A DNA stretch of 60,587 nt, the filler included, from Dugesia japonica (lineage: Eukaryota): the NCBI GenBank assembly GCA_001938525.1. It is 4 parts of 4 records of this genome, joined end to end, with 100 filler letters (N's around TTAATTAATTAA, not from the genome) between each part and the next. Parts side by side here need not be neighbours in the genome. Positions count along the whole stretch, not along the records: positions 1 to 24,374 come from MQRL01602590.1; 3 more parts are not named here. The stretch is one strand, 5' to 3'. The first letter of the stretch is position 1. Every line of letters starts with the position of its first letter. The translations under genes and the position numbers were made by a program. The notes beneath the pieces are model-generated. The model did no database searches. It was not told the origin of the DNA and saw only the letters and a list, made by a program, of their open reading frames with translations. Below are positions 1 through 13,945 of the stretch, in pieces.

Positions 1-534
1 TGAAATATAATAAAATGCAAACCCATTAATGAATAAATTTCGTGCATGTTGAATTTGAATAAAATACAAATAATTAACATTAACCTAAAGTGATATTATT
101 TTACTATTTTTAGCTATGACTCGAGGATTAATTAATTAATTGAAAATTAACATTTGTTTACAATTTTTATTAGAAATATTTATAAATAGGAATATTATTT
201 TGAAAACCAAAATTAATTCATATAAAAATTTGCGACAGGAGTTAGAAATGATGATTTGTAACAGTTGGGAAGAGTTAATTTAGATTTTTGTTCGAGCAGT
301 CTAGAGGTTACAAGTCTAAAGTTTTCATGTGTGTTTGAATGTTGCATTCATGAAGCTTTTGTGTTGTAAAAATGAAGTATAAGTATATTTTAATGGTTTC
401 GATGAGTTTAAAAATTATAAGACACGTGATTTTTGGATAATTGTGTTCACATGTGTTGCACCTGTGTTGCATCTTTTTTGCATAACTTATTATTTTGACA
501 TATTATTTTAATCACTACTTATTAAATATATTTA

Positions 535-1400
535 AGTAAAGAGATAATGGCGCAATACACCAAAGGTGTGCGAACCCCCACGGTTTAGTGATGTAATTTG
601 TTCTATTATGTGTAATTTGATAGTTTAATCTATGACGTAATTACATCATCCGAAATTTAATCCACAAGTTAAATTTATTATGTTATTTTTAATAAGTAAT
701 ATTTTTTCAGGCTTTTTAGTTGGTAGAATTTTTACTGTGTACTTAGTTCGGAAAATGTTTTAGGCTTTTAAGTAATAATATTTTTCACATGTATTTAGTT
801 GGGAATTTATTTGGTGAGGTTGAATGAAGTCGACTTTTAGTTGGTTTAGGTGAATTTGGTTGGGAATCTACTCGGTGATGTAGAATCTGGGTAAACTTGA
901 TCGGTTTTAGATTAATTTTAACAAATGTTTCCACGGGAATGGTTAATTTAGTTAATTTTTGGGTCATGCAATCAAATGTTTCCTCATGAACTTAGTTAAT
1001 ATTTGGACGATTCAATTAAATTTTTCCTCGGGATTTGTCAGTTTGGGTAATTTCTGTGGTGATTCAGTCTAATTTCTTATCAATCTGGTTGAATTTGGTT
1101 CATTTTTGGACGATTTGGTTGAAAGTTTCCTCGCGAATCGTCAATTTTTATCAGTTTTGGACAATTTGGTCAATTATTTACTCGGTTTAGGTAATTTTGG
1201 TAAATATTTCCTCGATATAGTCAATTTAGATCATTTTTGTTAGATCATTTCCTTGGTCTGTTCAGTTTGGGTAATTTTTAGATAATCTTTGTCAATTATT
1301 TACTCACAAGGGTTAGTGTTAAATGAATTTGAGTGATAATTTCTTCATATTGGTCAATTTGGGTTGAAATTTTACAGAAATTCAAGGAAAAAGTCAAATT
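535..1400 (+). mobile_element. Diverged Maverick-type terminus followed by degenerate subterminal tandem repeats
   Basis: AGTAAAGAGATAATGGCG...GCGAACCCCC at 535 resembles the TIR at 43993 (AGTAGATGGATAGTGGCG...GCGAACCCCC). It is followed by ~40-bp degenerate repeats (tttcctc...gtcaattt..ggt) to about 1400. Confidence 0.4.
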
Positions 1401-1499
1401 TATTTAATCTTTCAAATTTTTAAAAAATATTTTAAATTTTTGTGGTAAATTTGTGAAATTAGGTCATCTTTGTTTAGATTTGCAGATTTTTAAAATTTT

Positions 1500-2480
1500 T
1501 AAATCAAATTTCTATGAAAATCCCAGAGAACTTCTGAAATTTCGAAAATTTTTGAAAAAACTTTCTGTCGAGATTTTTACATCGATGCAGAATTCGATGG
1601 AAATTATTTTTCACAAATAAAAATTTTGCGAAAAAATTATTTTTCATCTCTTCATTGAATACTTATGTCAATTAAATAGAAAAGTTTCTGTTGATTTCAA
1701 ATATATAAATCTAAAATTCGGGATCAAATAAATGAGGTTTTGTGATGAAAAATCTCAAATTTTGAACATTGGTGCTCAATTTTCTTTTCGTGCATAACTC
1801 GTATGGTTTCAAATCTGATATTATTTTTGTCAGGAAAAAATAGTGACTGTAAAAATTTAAAATATCGTCTTGGCAAAAATGCTTTATAACGAAGGTATAC
1901 AACTGTCCTCCCGGATTTGGAACTTTTTTTCGAATATTGAAAAATTATCTCAAAATTAGACGACGAGGTATAAAGAATGTTTCACTGTTTATGATAAACA
2001 TCACATTAAATTATCCAACTTTAGAGAAAAAAATATTTTGGAAAACATGTACTTAATCTGGGAGTCCGCGAAGACCAATGATATTAGTTGGAAAAAATTA
2101 AAAGTTATATCAAATTTGAACATCAAAGTTTCTATTAAATAGTGAAGTTTTTGCTGATATTTAATATCATCACTTTAAATCGTCAATCCTTATAAGAGAC
2201 TGGTAAAATCCAAAATTCAAAGTGTAAAATAAATGGTCATTCATTGCATTTGAACCCACCACTGATGAGTTGCAAAAGAACCATATTACCACTAGATCAT
2301 CCATCCAAAAACATTATTTCAAATATAATTAGTAATCAGGATAAAAGTCATCAAACTTCATTTTTGATGAAATAAATTAAAAATAAGTACTTATTATGGG
2401 TTTCTCTCATGGATAATTATAGTCTCTAATGATAAAACCATCAAATATTGAAAAATAAAAAGTAACTCAAATTTAAACTT
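1500..2480. repeat. Dispersed repeat, direct paralogue of 57600-58260
   Basis: Shared blocks in the same order: ggtgctcaatttt...cataactcgtat and gaacccaccactgatgagttg(c/t)aaaagaa. Confidence 0.7.
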
Positions 2481-3899
2481 TAAAGTGTCTATTAGAATGA
2501 AAATTTTATGCTGATTGTAAATAGCAACACCTTATACCTTCAAACTTTATATAAGACTGGCAAAATCTAAAAAACATAGTGTAAATTAAATGAACAATCA
2601 TAGGAACTGAACAAATCGCTATTGAACTGTAAGACAATGCTAATACCAATGTAAAATATTTAATTAATACTAATATAACAACTTTGATCATTATATTTAT
2701 CTTTATACTGAGTTCTACTTGGAACTGATTTCAACTTTGTCTCTCATTTTTGTTATTTGAGGTTTTACTTTCACTTGTCAAACATCTTTATGTTTTCAAA
2801 TTGAACCAATTCATGAACATTTTAAACTTAGAAATTATGGAAATTATTGAAGATTTAAGAATTGTGATTCTTTCTTCAATTGAAAACCTTTGAATATTGC
2901 AAATAGCATCTGATTGCAAAACATAATCCATCGATGTCTTCTGATTCATATTTGATGCGATGAGTAAATCTTTGAAATGTTGAAACCAATTTAAAGTATT
3001 TAGTAAGTAAAACAAATTTTATTATTTCCATTAATCTTTGTATTGAGAGCTGCTTGGAACCGATTCACAGATAACTAACAGTAATACCATCAACAACCAA
3101 TACTGAGTGCAATGTAACTTTAATAAAATTATTAGATAATTTGAAATATTTTCAAGTTGCGTAATTTTCCTTTCATTTTAAAATACTTTTCTTTTTTACA
3201 ATTTATTTATATTTTCTATTTTGAATTATTTTTAAATTATTATAGTTAGTTTTTAAACAAAATAGCAACATTTGTCAAATTAAAAAATTACTAATTATTT
3301 CAATAATTATAATTTTATTAAATATTTTAACAAGTTATCTAAGATTGATTTCTTTTAAACCTTTTATTTTTACAGTTAATATTAACGCTTGATTTTCATT
3401 TTTAAAATGTTTATAAACTTTTTTTCTTAAAAATATACTCATAATTTCTGTTTAAGTTTTAATTATTTTTAATTAATTTGTTTCCGTGATAAATATTCCA
3501 GTTTTGTGAAAATTCTATTTTTACATTATTTTCCCTGATTTTCCCAATATTTACCATGTTTTTACCATAATGTGCGGGAATTTGATCGATTGTACCCCAA
3601 TTTTACTGTATTTCCTCTTATTTTATTCATATTCACGTATTAAGTTTTGAATATCAATAATGACACATGGTTCATTTTCTTTGTTGATTAAGTAATATGA
3701 CATGACATTATTAATAAATTATGGTTTTATAAACTTAAATAAGTCAATATGAATAAAATATTTCAAAATACTGATATTTTCCGTCCTTGATAATGAATTT
3801 TTAAATTTGTTTAAAAAGAGAAAATTTATATTTATAGTTTTTTTTGTGAAAAGTTTTGCTAGGGAATCGAGTTTTGATATTAATGATCCTATAAGTATT

Positions 3900-4070
3900 T
3901 CAAACTAATCTAACATTGTGGCAGCGGAAAACACCGATGTAATCACAGAAAGATTGTTGCCAAAAATATTTTGCAGAGACGATAATCTAGAGAAATTTAT
4001 TTAACGGTGTGAAATATAGTTCGAGGCGAAGAACATCGTTGTTGAGAAAGATCAGGAACGCTTGATTTAA
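3900..4070 (+). pseudogene. Short retrotransposon gag N-terminal fragment
   Basis: Translates as ITERLLPKIFCRDDNLEKFI*RCEI*FEAKNIVVEKDQ, resembling the start of the Ty3/Gypsy capsid (P..F....d...fi.r.E.yf.a..i). Contains stops. Confidence 0.4.
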
Positions 4071-4639
4071 GTAGGATTTAAGTTTTTATATAAGATTTTT
4101 ACATCGATTAATTTTTAATTTGATTAGCTATTTCCTGATTATATTTTATTTTGATTCGATTGATATTTTCATCGATTATTTTTTATTTGGTAGTATATTT
4201 AAATTTTTGGTAGTATTCTAGAGTTTTATCCCTAGTTTCAATTTTCCATCGGTTCATCATCACCATTTAATTTTTTTATAAGATTTTAACATGGCTTAAA
4301 TTTTTCAAGGCTATTCTTACAAATTTTCTCTGGTTTATATTTAATTTTTGTCTCATGTTCTTAAAATGTTTGTCTCAGGTTGAAATTTTAATTTGGCCCC
4401 TGTTTGATTGTAAATTTTACCTTTGTAGTATTTTAGAGTTTTCACCCTAGTGATATTTTACAGTTTTGACTCGGTTAATATTTCTTTTCTGTTTTATTTA
4501 ACTGAAATTGAAAGTGTTAATTTTATTGAATGCAATAAGTTAATTTTACTGAGTTGGTTTACTGAGTGGCTTTGAGGTTTAGTTTATAAGTTTTCAATTT
4601 TCTTTCAAATGTTTAATTTTGTACATATTGAGTATTAAT

Positions 4640-5180
4640 TGTTTATGTAATATGCTACAATTTTTTATTATGTTGGCTTAAAATTTTTAGTGCGGTTAAA
4701 AATATTTGTATGGTGGCTTAAAATAATATAGGTTCGTTTATAAATTTTATGTATTGGATTACAATTTTTATGTATTAGTTTAGATTTTTGTATGATGATT
4801 TATAATTTTAAGTAAAGTTTCAATTTTTATTTTGCTATCTTAACATATTTAGTGTATTTGTTTCAAATTTTAATATATTGGTTAAAATATTTGTATGATG
4901 GATTATAGATTTTATGTTTTTGAATACAATTTTTATTCTGTTGCCTTAAAAGTCTTTATGTATTGGTTTAGATTTTCATCTTTTTGTTTTGATTTTTAAA
5001 GTGTTGACTTATAATTTTTATGTGATATATGTAACATTTTGTTTATTGATTTTGATTATTTTTTCTATGACAGATTATAATTTTAGTGTAATGTGTTACA
5101 ATTTTATGTTTAATTGAAAATTTACTGTGTTGACTAAGACTTTTGGTGTATTGGTTTAGAATCTTAGAATGATTGATAAT
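4640..5180. repeat. Degenerate ~21-bp minisatellite
   Basis: Recurring unit close to ttttatgtattggtttaga/taatt. Confidence 0.55.
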
Positions 5181-7975
5181 AATTTCTGTGATGGATAAAA
5201 TTAATTCATTTTTAATTATTTCTGTTGTAAGTTTTATTTTAAGTAAAGGTTTGTTGATTTTATAAATTTAGTTGTTATTTACATTTGTATTGAGTTAAAT
5301 CTTAATAGTAATTTACTAATTTGTATACTAAGTGAATTATTGTTATAATATTTAGATGAAATGATGAATAATGGTTGAATTTAGTGGGTGATGAAGTGTA
5401 TTCAGTGAGTATTAAACATGTATATTATAGGAATTCATTATATTTAAGTAACACTTATTATAATACAGTCCATTAAGTGTATTAGAGACATAAGATTCGC
5501 TTAATTTATTACATGCATTATGTATTTAGTTTATTATATGTATTGGTTGAATTTAATGAACAAGATATAATTAATTTAGTTTATCAAAAGAATTAACCAA
5601 TCAAATTGAATGATTTATATGAATCAGTACTTGATTGTATTAAATAAATGACTACGTTTAACAAATTTTATTGAACGATTAAGTGAGTGGACTATATGAG
5701 TGTATTTATGTATTTTTAGTGTTTCTTTGATTATAGATTGAATGGTAATAGTTGTAAGAATGATATTTGAATTATTTGATTTCAAATTTATATGCGTAAT
5801 TAAAATATTTATAGACATTTTTGAAATGTAAAATACTTCAAGAAAATAATTAAAATAATGATTGCGCAAATTTTTTTGAATATCGAAACTTTTCTGAGTC
5901 AGTTTTTCAATTCATAGTAACTTTGTTTTAAATAAATATTGGATGAGGATAATAGTGATTCTAGATGATTTGTCTAGATCTTTGTATATGTATTAAGTTT
6001 ATAAAATGTATTGGATTTATTAGATGATTAGGTCAAATATATGTAATGAATTCATTGGTTTTAAATATATTTGATTTAGGGTATTTGAATTAAATTAATA
6101 AATTGAGGATGCTATATTAATTGATTTGAGAGTATGTTCAAGTAAATATAGTGTGATTAATAAATTAGATGATGAATTGATTAAGTTTAAATAAATATAT
6201 ATTAAGTAAGTTGAAGTCGAATTACTTGGTTTGAAATGATAATTGATCAGGTTTAAGCTGATTATGTGTAAAAGTTATGAGTAAATTGAGTAAATTGATG
6301 ATCTTAATAGCACTAGTTGAAAGATTGAATTAAATAAATAGAGTATGTGAATGGAATACTTTCTATACTTTTATGTAATTCATATAGTTATCTCTGCTAC
6401 ATAAGATTTCTGAAACTTATAATTTATTTCTATGTGATGTTTGTTAAATTTGAATTAATAAGTTACCAGAATGAAATTAACTGGAATTAAATACTAATGC
6501 TCCGGGTTACAATATTTCAACAAATTTTTTATTGACTATATTTATTTTACTGGGTGTGATGGTCTTATATGATATAATTATTAAATAAATTCAATGTATG
6601 ATGTTTAACAGTATCGAAAATCTGGTTATATTTGTATGAAATTACTATATTTTCTAGTAAACATTTAGATTTGTGTTGAATTGTATAAATAGTAGTTATA
6701 ACTTAATAAAATTCACTACTTATTTCAATGAAATCTATGTTTGTCATGATTAAACTATTAATTTTCACGTTAAAACCTATATTTTCTATGTTAAAATCCC
6801 ATTTTACATAGTGAAACTCTTAATTTCTATGATAACCCGTATAATCTGTGAAGAAACATGTATATTTTGAGATGAATCATGTATGCCTTTGACGAAGTGA
6901 ATATTTTCCACAATAAAGTGACTATTTTCCCCTATGTATATTAAAATTCACACATTAAGCACTTATTAGTATACAGTTGACTCTTGTTCTGTTGCACATG
7001 TATTGTACTTATATTNNNNNNNTATTGTACTTATATTACACATCTATGAGAAAAAGTCATAACTGAATAGATAAAATCGGTTTGAATGACTAATTTAATG
7101 TTGTTTCTAATTGATAAATTGACTATAATTTAATGTTTTTGATAGAATCAATGGATATCCATAAGAACAGCACATATTTTCTACAAAATGCTTTATTTTA
7201 GCAAACTTCAAATTTATAGATGTTTCCATGAAATACGTATACATCCCAACTAAATTTCTGTAGATTGTATTGAAAATTAAGCATATTTGTATGATTTAAT
7301 GAAGTTTGAATTAAAAGCAATATTACTGTATTGGAATGTGGTTAGAATAGTGCGAAATTGTATAAACGAATTAAATATTTGTGTATCACTGATTAAAATA
7401 AGTACATTACTGATGAAATGTAAGTAGTTTCTTTTATACATATTAAATGAAAATAGTATATGAAATAATGAAATTAGACTATACTTTATTGAAGTTAGTA
7501 ACTAAAATGTATGACTAAAATGAATTATATTGATTGAGTGTATTAAGTCTATTGATTATACTTGATACAAATGGTATGTATTTGAATCAATGGGTTTAAT
7601 AATGTGTATATTGGTTATCATAATTTCTTTTGTAAATGTTTTAAGTAAGTTGATTTACTGTATTTAGTATTATGTTGTCTAATAAAATGTAATGAATAGA
7701 CTAAGTAAGTGGATTATGCATATATAATAAAAATAGTAAATTGAGAGATCAGATTTTCATGAAATGATTGGAGGAACTAAATAGATTAAGGATATGAATC
7801 TTTTTTTTACATATGCTTCTAACAAACGTTTGGAAATATTTCCATAACTTCTTGTTATTTATTGAGAATTTTTATACTCGTCTAGTAAATATTTTAAAAT
7901 TATTATATACTTCTAGTAACTTTTTTATAATTTTTATATACTTCTTTATATGAAATTTCATAAACCTTTATATAT

Positions 7976-8072
7976 GAAAAGTCAATACTTGACGAAAACA
8001 AAGTCAAAATATAGAATTATTATCAAAAACCATAAAAAAACTAATTTTGATCGAAGATTTTATTTTAATGAA
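7976..8072 (+). repeat. Degenerate copy of the hammerhead-bearing short repeat
   Basis: aaaagtcaatacTTGACGAaaacaaagtcAAAAtatagaattattatcaaaaac...ttttgatcgaag aligns with the copies at 49230-49403. The catalytic core is mutated. Confidence 0.6.
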
Positions 8073-8427
8073 CTTTTCTATACTAATAATAAATCTTTAT
8101 GATTTTTTATTTACTTCTAGTAATTATTTGAAATATTTTGTTACTTTAATTTGGTTTATGTTGATTGTATTGAACAATACAAATATATTGAGTGTATTGA
8201 TGCAATGACTGAATAAGCTGTTAATCTAAGTAAAATAAGTTGTTTATGTTACATCCAAGATGAATTGTATTTAATAAAGTCATCGATATTACGTAATCTA
8301 CTCACATTATACGTGACCTATTACTTAATATGACAAATCTAGAATCATTTTAGTTTCTATATAACGTTATGAATGCTCTCAAGAAAATATTGATATAAAC
8401 AATCAAAGTCTATCGCTTTTTATAGCA

Positions 8428-8712
8428 TTGATAAAAACTCCGTTTATTATGAAAATGAGAATGTTAAAAGCATTTCCATCATTTTTTATAAATGATTATC
8501 TCGAGCTTATTGTAAATATTGTTTGTGGTAATGTAATTTTGAGCAACAATGGAAAGCAAGCATTGAAAAAGCATAAAACTTCAATGTTATCACTTGTTAA
8601 TCCAATGAATAAGAAACCAATGAGAAAAACAATGTATAAACAAGATTGTGAATTTATTGCGACATTACTAACAATAGCGTTAGTGGTATTAGGTCTGGCA
8701 AATCTTTCATAA
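8428..8712 (+). pseudogene. Maverick/Polinton small basic protein with hydrophobic pX-like tail (orphan copy)
   Basis: LKAFPSFFINDYLELIVNIVCGNV..LKKHK aligns with LKAFSKFVMDDLIEIIINIVRGNV..LKKHK at 54930-55160, which lies between the Maverick ATPase and integrase. Confidence 0.65.
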
Positions 8713-8780
8713 GTATCTAACAGAAACAAGAACACTTTGAAAACGAAGAATGGAAACAATAATAACTTAGTTTATATATT

Positions 8781-8830
8781 AGTAGATGGATAGTAGCGCA
8801 CGAGGCTACATCCCCGAGGGAGAAAATTTT
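8781..8830 (+). mobile_element. Maverick-type left terminus
   Basis: AGTAGATGGATAGTAGCG matches 17 of 18 nt of the TSD-flanked TIR at 43993. Confidence 0.65.
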
Positions 8831-11274
8831 AACTGGCCCCAATTTTTAGCGTTTATATTAGTCACACACATGTTTTAAAGGTTTTGATTGACCTAAATTA
8901 TAAAGTCAAGTGGCCCAAATTTTAAAAGTTTTGATTGGTTGAAATTTTTATGGTCAAGGTCAACTGGCCTTTTATTTGTTATGAGTCATCGATGTGTTCA
9001 AATGAGTTCATCGTAGGGTTTTAAGATCAAGGTAATTTGCTTTTGTTTAAATTAAGTGAAATTATCGATTTTTATTTAAATGAAGTGGGATTAATGATTT
9101 TTTTGTTTAAATTAATTTATTTTTATGATTGGTTTAAATTTTCGGATTTTTGAGATTTTAATTTGAATTAAGTAATCAAATGATTTTTATGGATTTTTCT
9201 TAAAACATCGATGGTAAAACATATTTTGTTTAAAATTTCAAATTTAGTAGTGAATATTCCCCCGGGTAATATTAACATTAGATGCTTCTCAGACAATATT
9301 AATAATAATATTTAAAAGACAAATGAAAAGACTAATCAAAACATAAAATTTATTTTTGATAAAACCTAGATAATCACAGTTATTATGTACAGTTGTTTAA
9401 ATCTGGATCTTCATTGTAAATTTGATCTTAATAGTACAAATTAATTAGTTTAAATAACAAAATAAATTACCTGTGAATGTGCTTCTTTTCATCCGAGNNN
9501 NNNNNNNNNNNNNNNNNNNNNNNNNNNNNNNNNNNNNNNNNNNNNNNNNNNNNNNNCCGAATGGGGTAACAGGATTAAACACAATGAACATCGAGATAAT
9601 GAAAGAGAAGTGTAAAATCAAGTTATCAATAATGTCGGAGTTAGAAATGCAGAGCTCAGGCACGATGGGTAACGGGATTGAGACAAGATAAACAACAACA
9701 TGACAATAATAATGACAAAGATGAATAAAGTAAACGACGGAATGAATCACAGTACACGAGCTTTCACTATAGGATATCGAAAAGGTGAATCTTCGTGGGC
9801 TCTGGATACAACTATCTTACAATCAGCAAAATGGATAAAGTGAATGAAAGTCTGAGTAAATCGAAGTGGTCGAGTCGAGGGAGTCGGCAACGGCTAATTC
9901 GTATCGACTATTCAGATGAAACGGCGATGAACATCAGTAATTCAAAAGAAGTCAAGTAAATCATGACATGGATTGTGCAAGGTCAAAGAAATTGAAATTG
10001 ACATTTGTTTTCCGTGGCGTGAAAAACATCGAGTAAACGTCAGAGAAAAGTCGAGTAAAGTGTGGGGAGAAATTCAGAAAGTCAGAGTAATATCAAACTG
10101 ATTTTTGTCAAGAAAATCGAAGGAACATCGAGTAAATGACATAAATTTGAATAAGACGGGGGTAGATGTTCGGGCAGTTTGAGAAACAAAGAACTAATAC
10201 TTGAATTTCTTTTCTTGTGGAATAACAAATAATCATAAAGAAGATAAATGAGATAAATTTGAATGAGCCAGTACAGAGCAATTTGAAAGTCAGGAAAATA
10301 TTGAGTTGATTTTGAATTGCTTTTCACAGTAGTATTACGGATAAACATCAAGAGATCAACAAGATGGAATAATTAAGAGGTAATTTTAATGTTAACAAAG
10401 AAATAGATGCAACAAACTCTGAGACACACAAGAAAATGATGAAATCAAAGAGAAAATCAAGTGTTATGCGAGAAATCAAAGAAAACGCCAATGATAAGAA
10501 AAATATAATGATTACTGAATTCAGAAAAAATGCTCAGCAAAGAACATCAGGAAAAAATTCAAAGAGATTAAATCAAAACAAGGAGATGATTAGTAGAAGC
10601 ATACGCGATAATAATGGGGATAAAGCACACAAGTAAATGACGAGGAATATGATTAAATGGCTAACGAATATGGAAGATTTAAATGGAAATGAATATAATG
10701 AAATGGAGAAACAGTATGGACAATCTAAATGGATAACAAGTGGACGAGATTTGTGATTAATGAGATATTAGAGAGTCAATGATAATTAATGGAAATCTGA
10801 TGACGAATTTAACAGATAATGATGAAAATTGACAAGTAATAAAAAGATTTAAGAGGTTGAAATAAAAGACAATTGATTAGATTAATAAAGTTAAAGGTGT
10901 AATAGATTATAATGATGAGGAAATAAATTAAGAATATTGAATGAAGATTAATAATTGATGAAGTTAATGATGACAAAGAGGATTAATGATGATAAAACAG
11001 ATTGTGACGAAATTATGTATGATTAAAAAAAGGGATATTATGACGAGATTAATGAATGGTAATTAATGCTGACAAGGATAAATGAATCAAGTGGTAAAGA
11101 GTTAAAGGAATATTAAAGACAAATGATATGGAGATGAAAAAGAATTATGATGAGTTTTAATGAATTAAATTAGAAGAGTATCAAGAGTTTAATGATATAT
11201 GAGGATAATTGATTAGTTAGATGGAGATAATAATGGATAAATAAATGAAAGATGATCAATTTGATAAAAATTAA

Positions 11275-11480
11275 AGAGTTGTAACCTGAAACACGGTTAG
11301 ATAAATGAATTAGTAGTAAAAGGAGTAATCTGAAACATGATTAATTGTTGTGGCAAATGGGATAATCTGAAACACGATTAAATAAACGAATTATTATTGT
11401 GTAGAAAGTGGTAACCTGAAACATGGTTAATAGTTAGTGATTGGAGTAAAAAGGTAGCCTGCAACATGGTTAAATAACGA
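11275..11480. repeat. Tandem repeat, about 5 units of ~35-50 bp
   Basis: Core gtaa(c/t)ctgaaaca(c/t)g(g/a)tta is repeated. Confidence 0.75.
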
Positions 11481-12459
11481 AGCTATACTTATCGAAAAGT
11501 GCAGGATGGGTATCGGGACAGTCAACACAGGTAGACTCAAGCATGATACTATTGAAATCTTTATTGACAAACTAACCGAGAAAGAGACGCTGGTGTTACG
11601 GTGGATTCTATGATTATTGTGGTGTTCAACAGGTACCACTCTTGTAGATTATTAATGGTTGGTTTGAAACATAACCTTGTGTATTGAGTCGCGAATGGTG
11701 AGATTATAAAGGTTGGGCTTGAAAGAAAGCGTTGAGTTTTAAAGAAAACTTGGAGTAATCATAGATATGTAAAAGTACCCCAGCAAAAGATGTCGTGATA
11801 ACAGAATCGATTTTGAGAAAAGGGGCCTACAATCAGTAAGCTAGAATCAGAAGCCTGATCAACTTCAACGAGGATAGCCTGAATAACTGTGTAACGACCA
11901 GGAGAGAAGACATTATTATTGACGAATGGCAATAAATCTTCAAAGTATTTGAACGGGAAAGGAGATCTTCTGGAGATATGTTTGAGACTGACTTCAAGCT
12001 TCACGGCCGTAAATAAGGAGTACTGCTCTCGTGAACTAGTTACTTTGGATAGTTCTCAGGACGAAAAAATTAGATTTATCTAAATAAAATAAGTCATGAA
12101 GGTGTCGGCAAATTTAAGCATCCGTAAATGATAGGTTGACCACCTACGGCAGTTAGGTTGGCGTGAATTCGCCTTGAAATCCATTCTCTACAGCTATCTG
12201 CTCATAGCCTTACAGAAATTTATTGATAAGATGAAATGAGTCCTGGTAGAATCAGCTTTAATTGATTCGGAGAATCTTGTGATTAATGTATTTCAGTGTT
12301 GACTAGAAGGTACAACAGTTGCCAAATATGGAATCAGATTAGCGGGAGTTGAAAACCCAGGTAGAGTTTTATCTGTAATTTCACGTCAGAGCAGCATAAA
12401 AGTTACGTATCAGCGAAATTATGATTTCGACTGAAATCCTTCACATTAGCAAGTAGACC

Positions 12460-12690
12460 GAAGCTGAAAAAGGTAGAAATAGACTCCGGATACTTCTAGA
12501 GATTATGATTGAGAGTGTGACGCATTATTTGGAGAGCCTGGAGCTGAATAGAAATAGACTACCAGCTACTCCATAAGATTTAAGATTGGCGAAACGATAA
12601 TCGAAGCTGAAATAATAGACCATTGATTACTTAGAGTTATTGGAATTGAGATGTGATAATTGGAGCTGAAATAATAGACTACCGGTTAAT
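12460..12690. repeat. Tandem repeat, about 4 units of ~60-80 bp
   Basis: Core gaagctgaa(a)...atagac(tacc) is repeated. Confidence 0.6.
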
Positions 12691-13945
12691 GAATATTTGA
12701 AGAGATCATGGTTTAGAGGTTTAGTAGAGATTTTTAAAGTAGATTTAGTTGAGATATCGCCTGGTTAGAGTCGCCAAGATCACCAATCAGTGCAAGCAAT
12801 CCGAATAAATTCTTGGAACCTTACTGTTGGCCCCCGGAGGGAGAACACGGTTGAAGATCTGATCGATGATAATGGAATAGTATTGAGACGATGATAAATT
12901 ATATAGATTTGGAAATGAAATGTATTGATTAGGTTTAATGATGTTGAAATAATTAATTTTGGATATTTGGAAGCGATTAACGTGGATATTATTGGAGTAT
13001 TTAAGATATTGAATTGAAATGAAATAATTCTAGTAGTGAAATATAAAGAGTATTGTGGATATATTGAATAGAGTATTTTGGAAATTTGTAGTGATGTAGA
13101 GATAATAATGTGTACTAATGTGAAGTGTAGATGGGATAAGTTTGGCCGAAGTAAACAAAATATAATACAAAGATTGTGATAAAGTAAAATGATTATAAAG
13201 TGATAAGTCGACACATTAGGGACCGCCTGTGTAAGAATTAAAAATAGTTAAACGTGGTTGAATAAAGTATAAAAGTTAACTTAGAGTGTGTGGAGTAGTA
13301 AACAAATGTGGGAAATGAATAAAGTAAATGTGTAAAGTAAAAGATGTGGATAACAAATTAATTGAGTTAAGCAAAGTAAATGAATCAGATAAGTGTGCAG
13401 TGTGTAAAAATGAGACTTATATATGTGTATACGTGAGTGACGAGTAGCGGTATAATAAAGTAAACGATAACAAGTGTTGATGAATTGATAAAGTGTATAT
13501 TGAGAATCAACAAAGTGTGTATTAAGAGTTAATGATAACAAGTTTTGAGTTATGAATTAATCAGGTATGTATTGAGAGTTTAATAAGTATTTTTTGTGAA
13601 TTAAAAGAGTGCATAGTATGTGTTTTAATGAAGCGTATGTGTAATAAAGAGTGTGTATTGATAACAAGCTAACGCAAATTAATGATAAATGCATAAAGAA
13701 GTGATATAATTGGAGTGTAGAAGCCGGGAGGCTATCATATTTTACTTTCGGGTTATTCAATAAATCAAACGATCGAGAACGCAATCAGATAATTCACCAT
13801 TGATAATTCAACGAACAGATACAAATTAAGAAATACAACAAAGGATCAGAAATCTTATTCGAGTAAAAAATCCCATCTAACCAAGACACATAGATCAGTA
13901 TCGCTTAATCCGCAAAGTAGAAATCCTTACGATAAATCATTCTTA

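Noticed and set aside
12780-13784. Minus-strand His/Leu/Tyr-rich ORFs
   Set aside because: By-product of strand compositional skew; no motifs.
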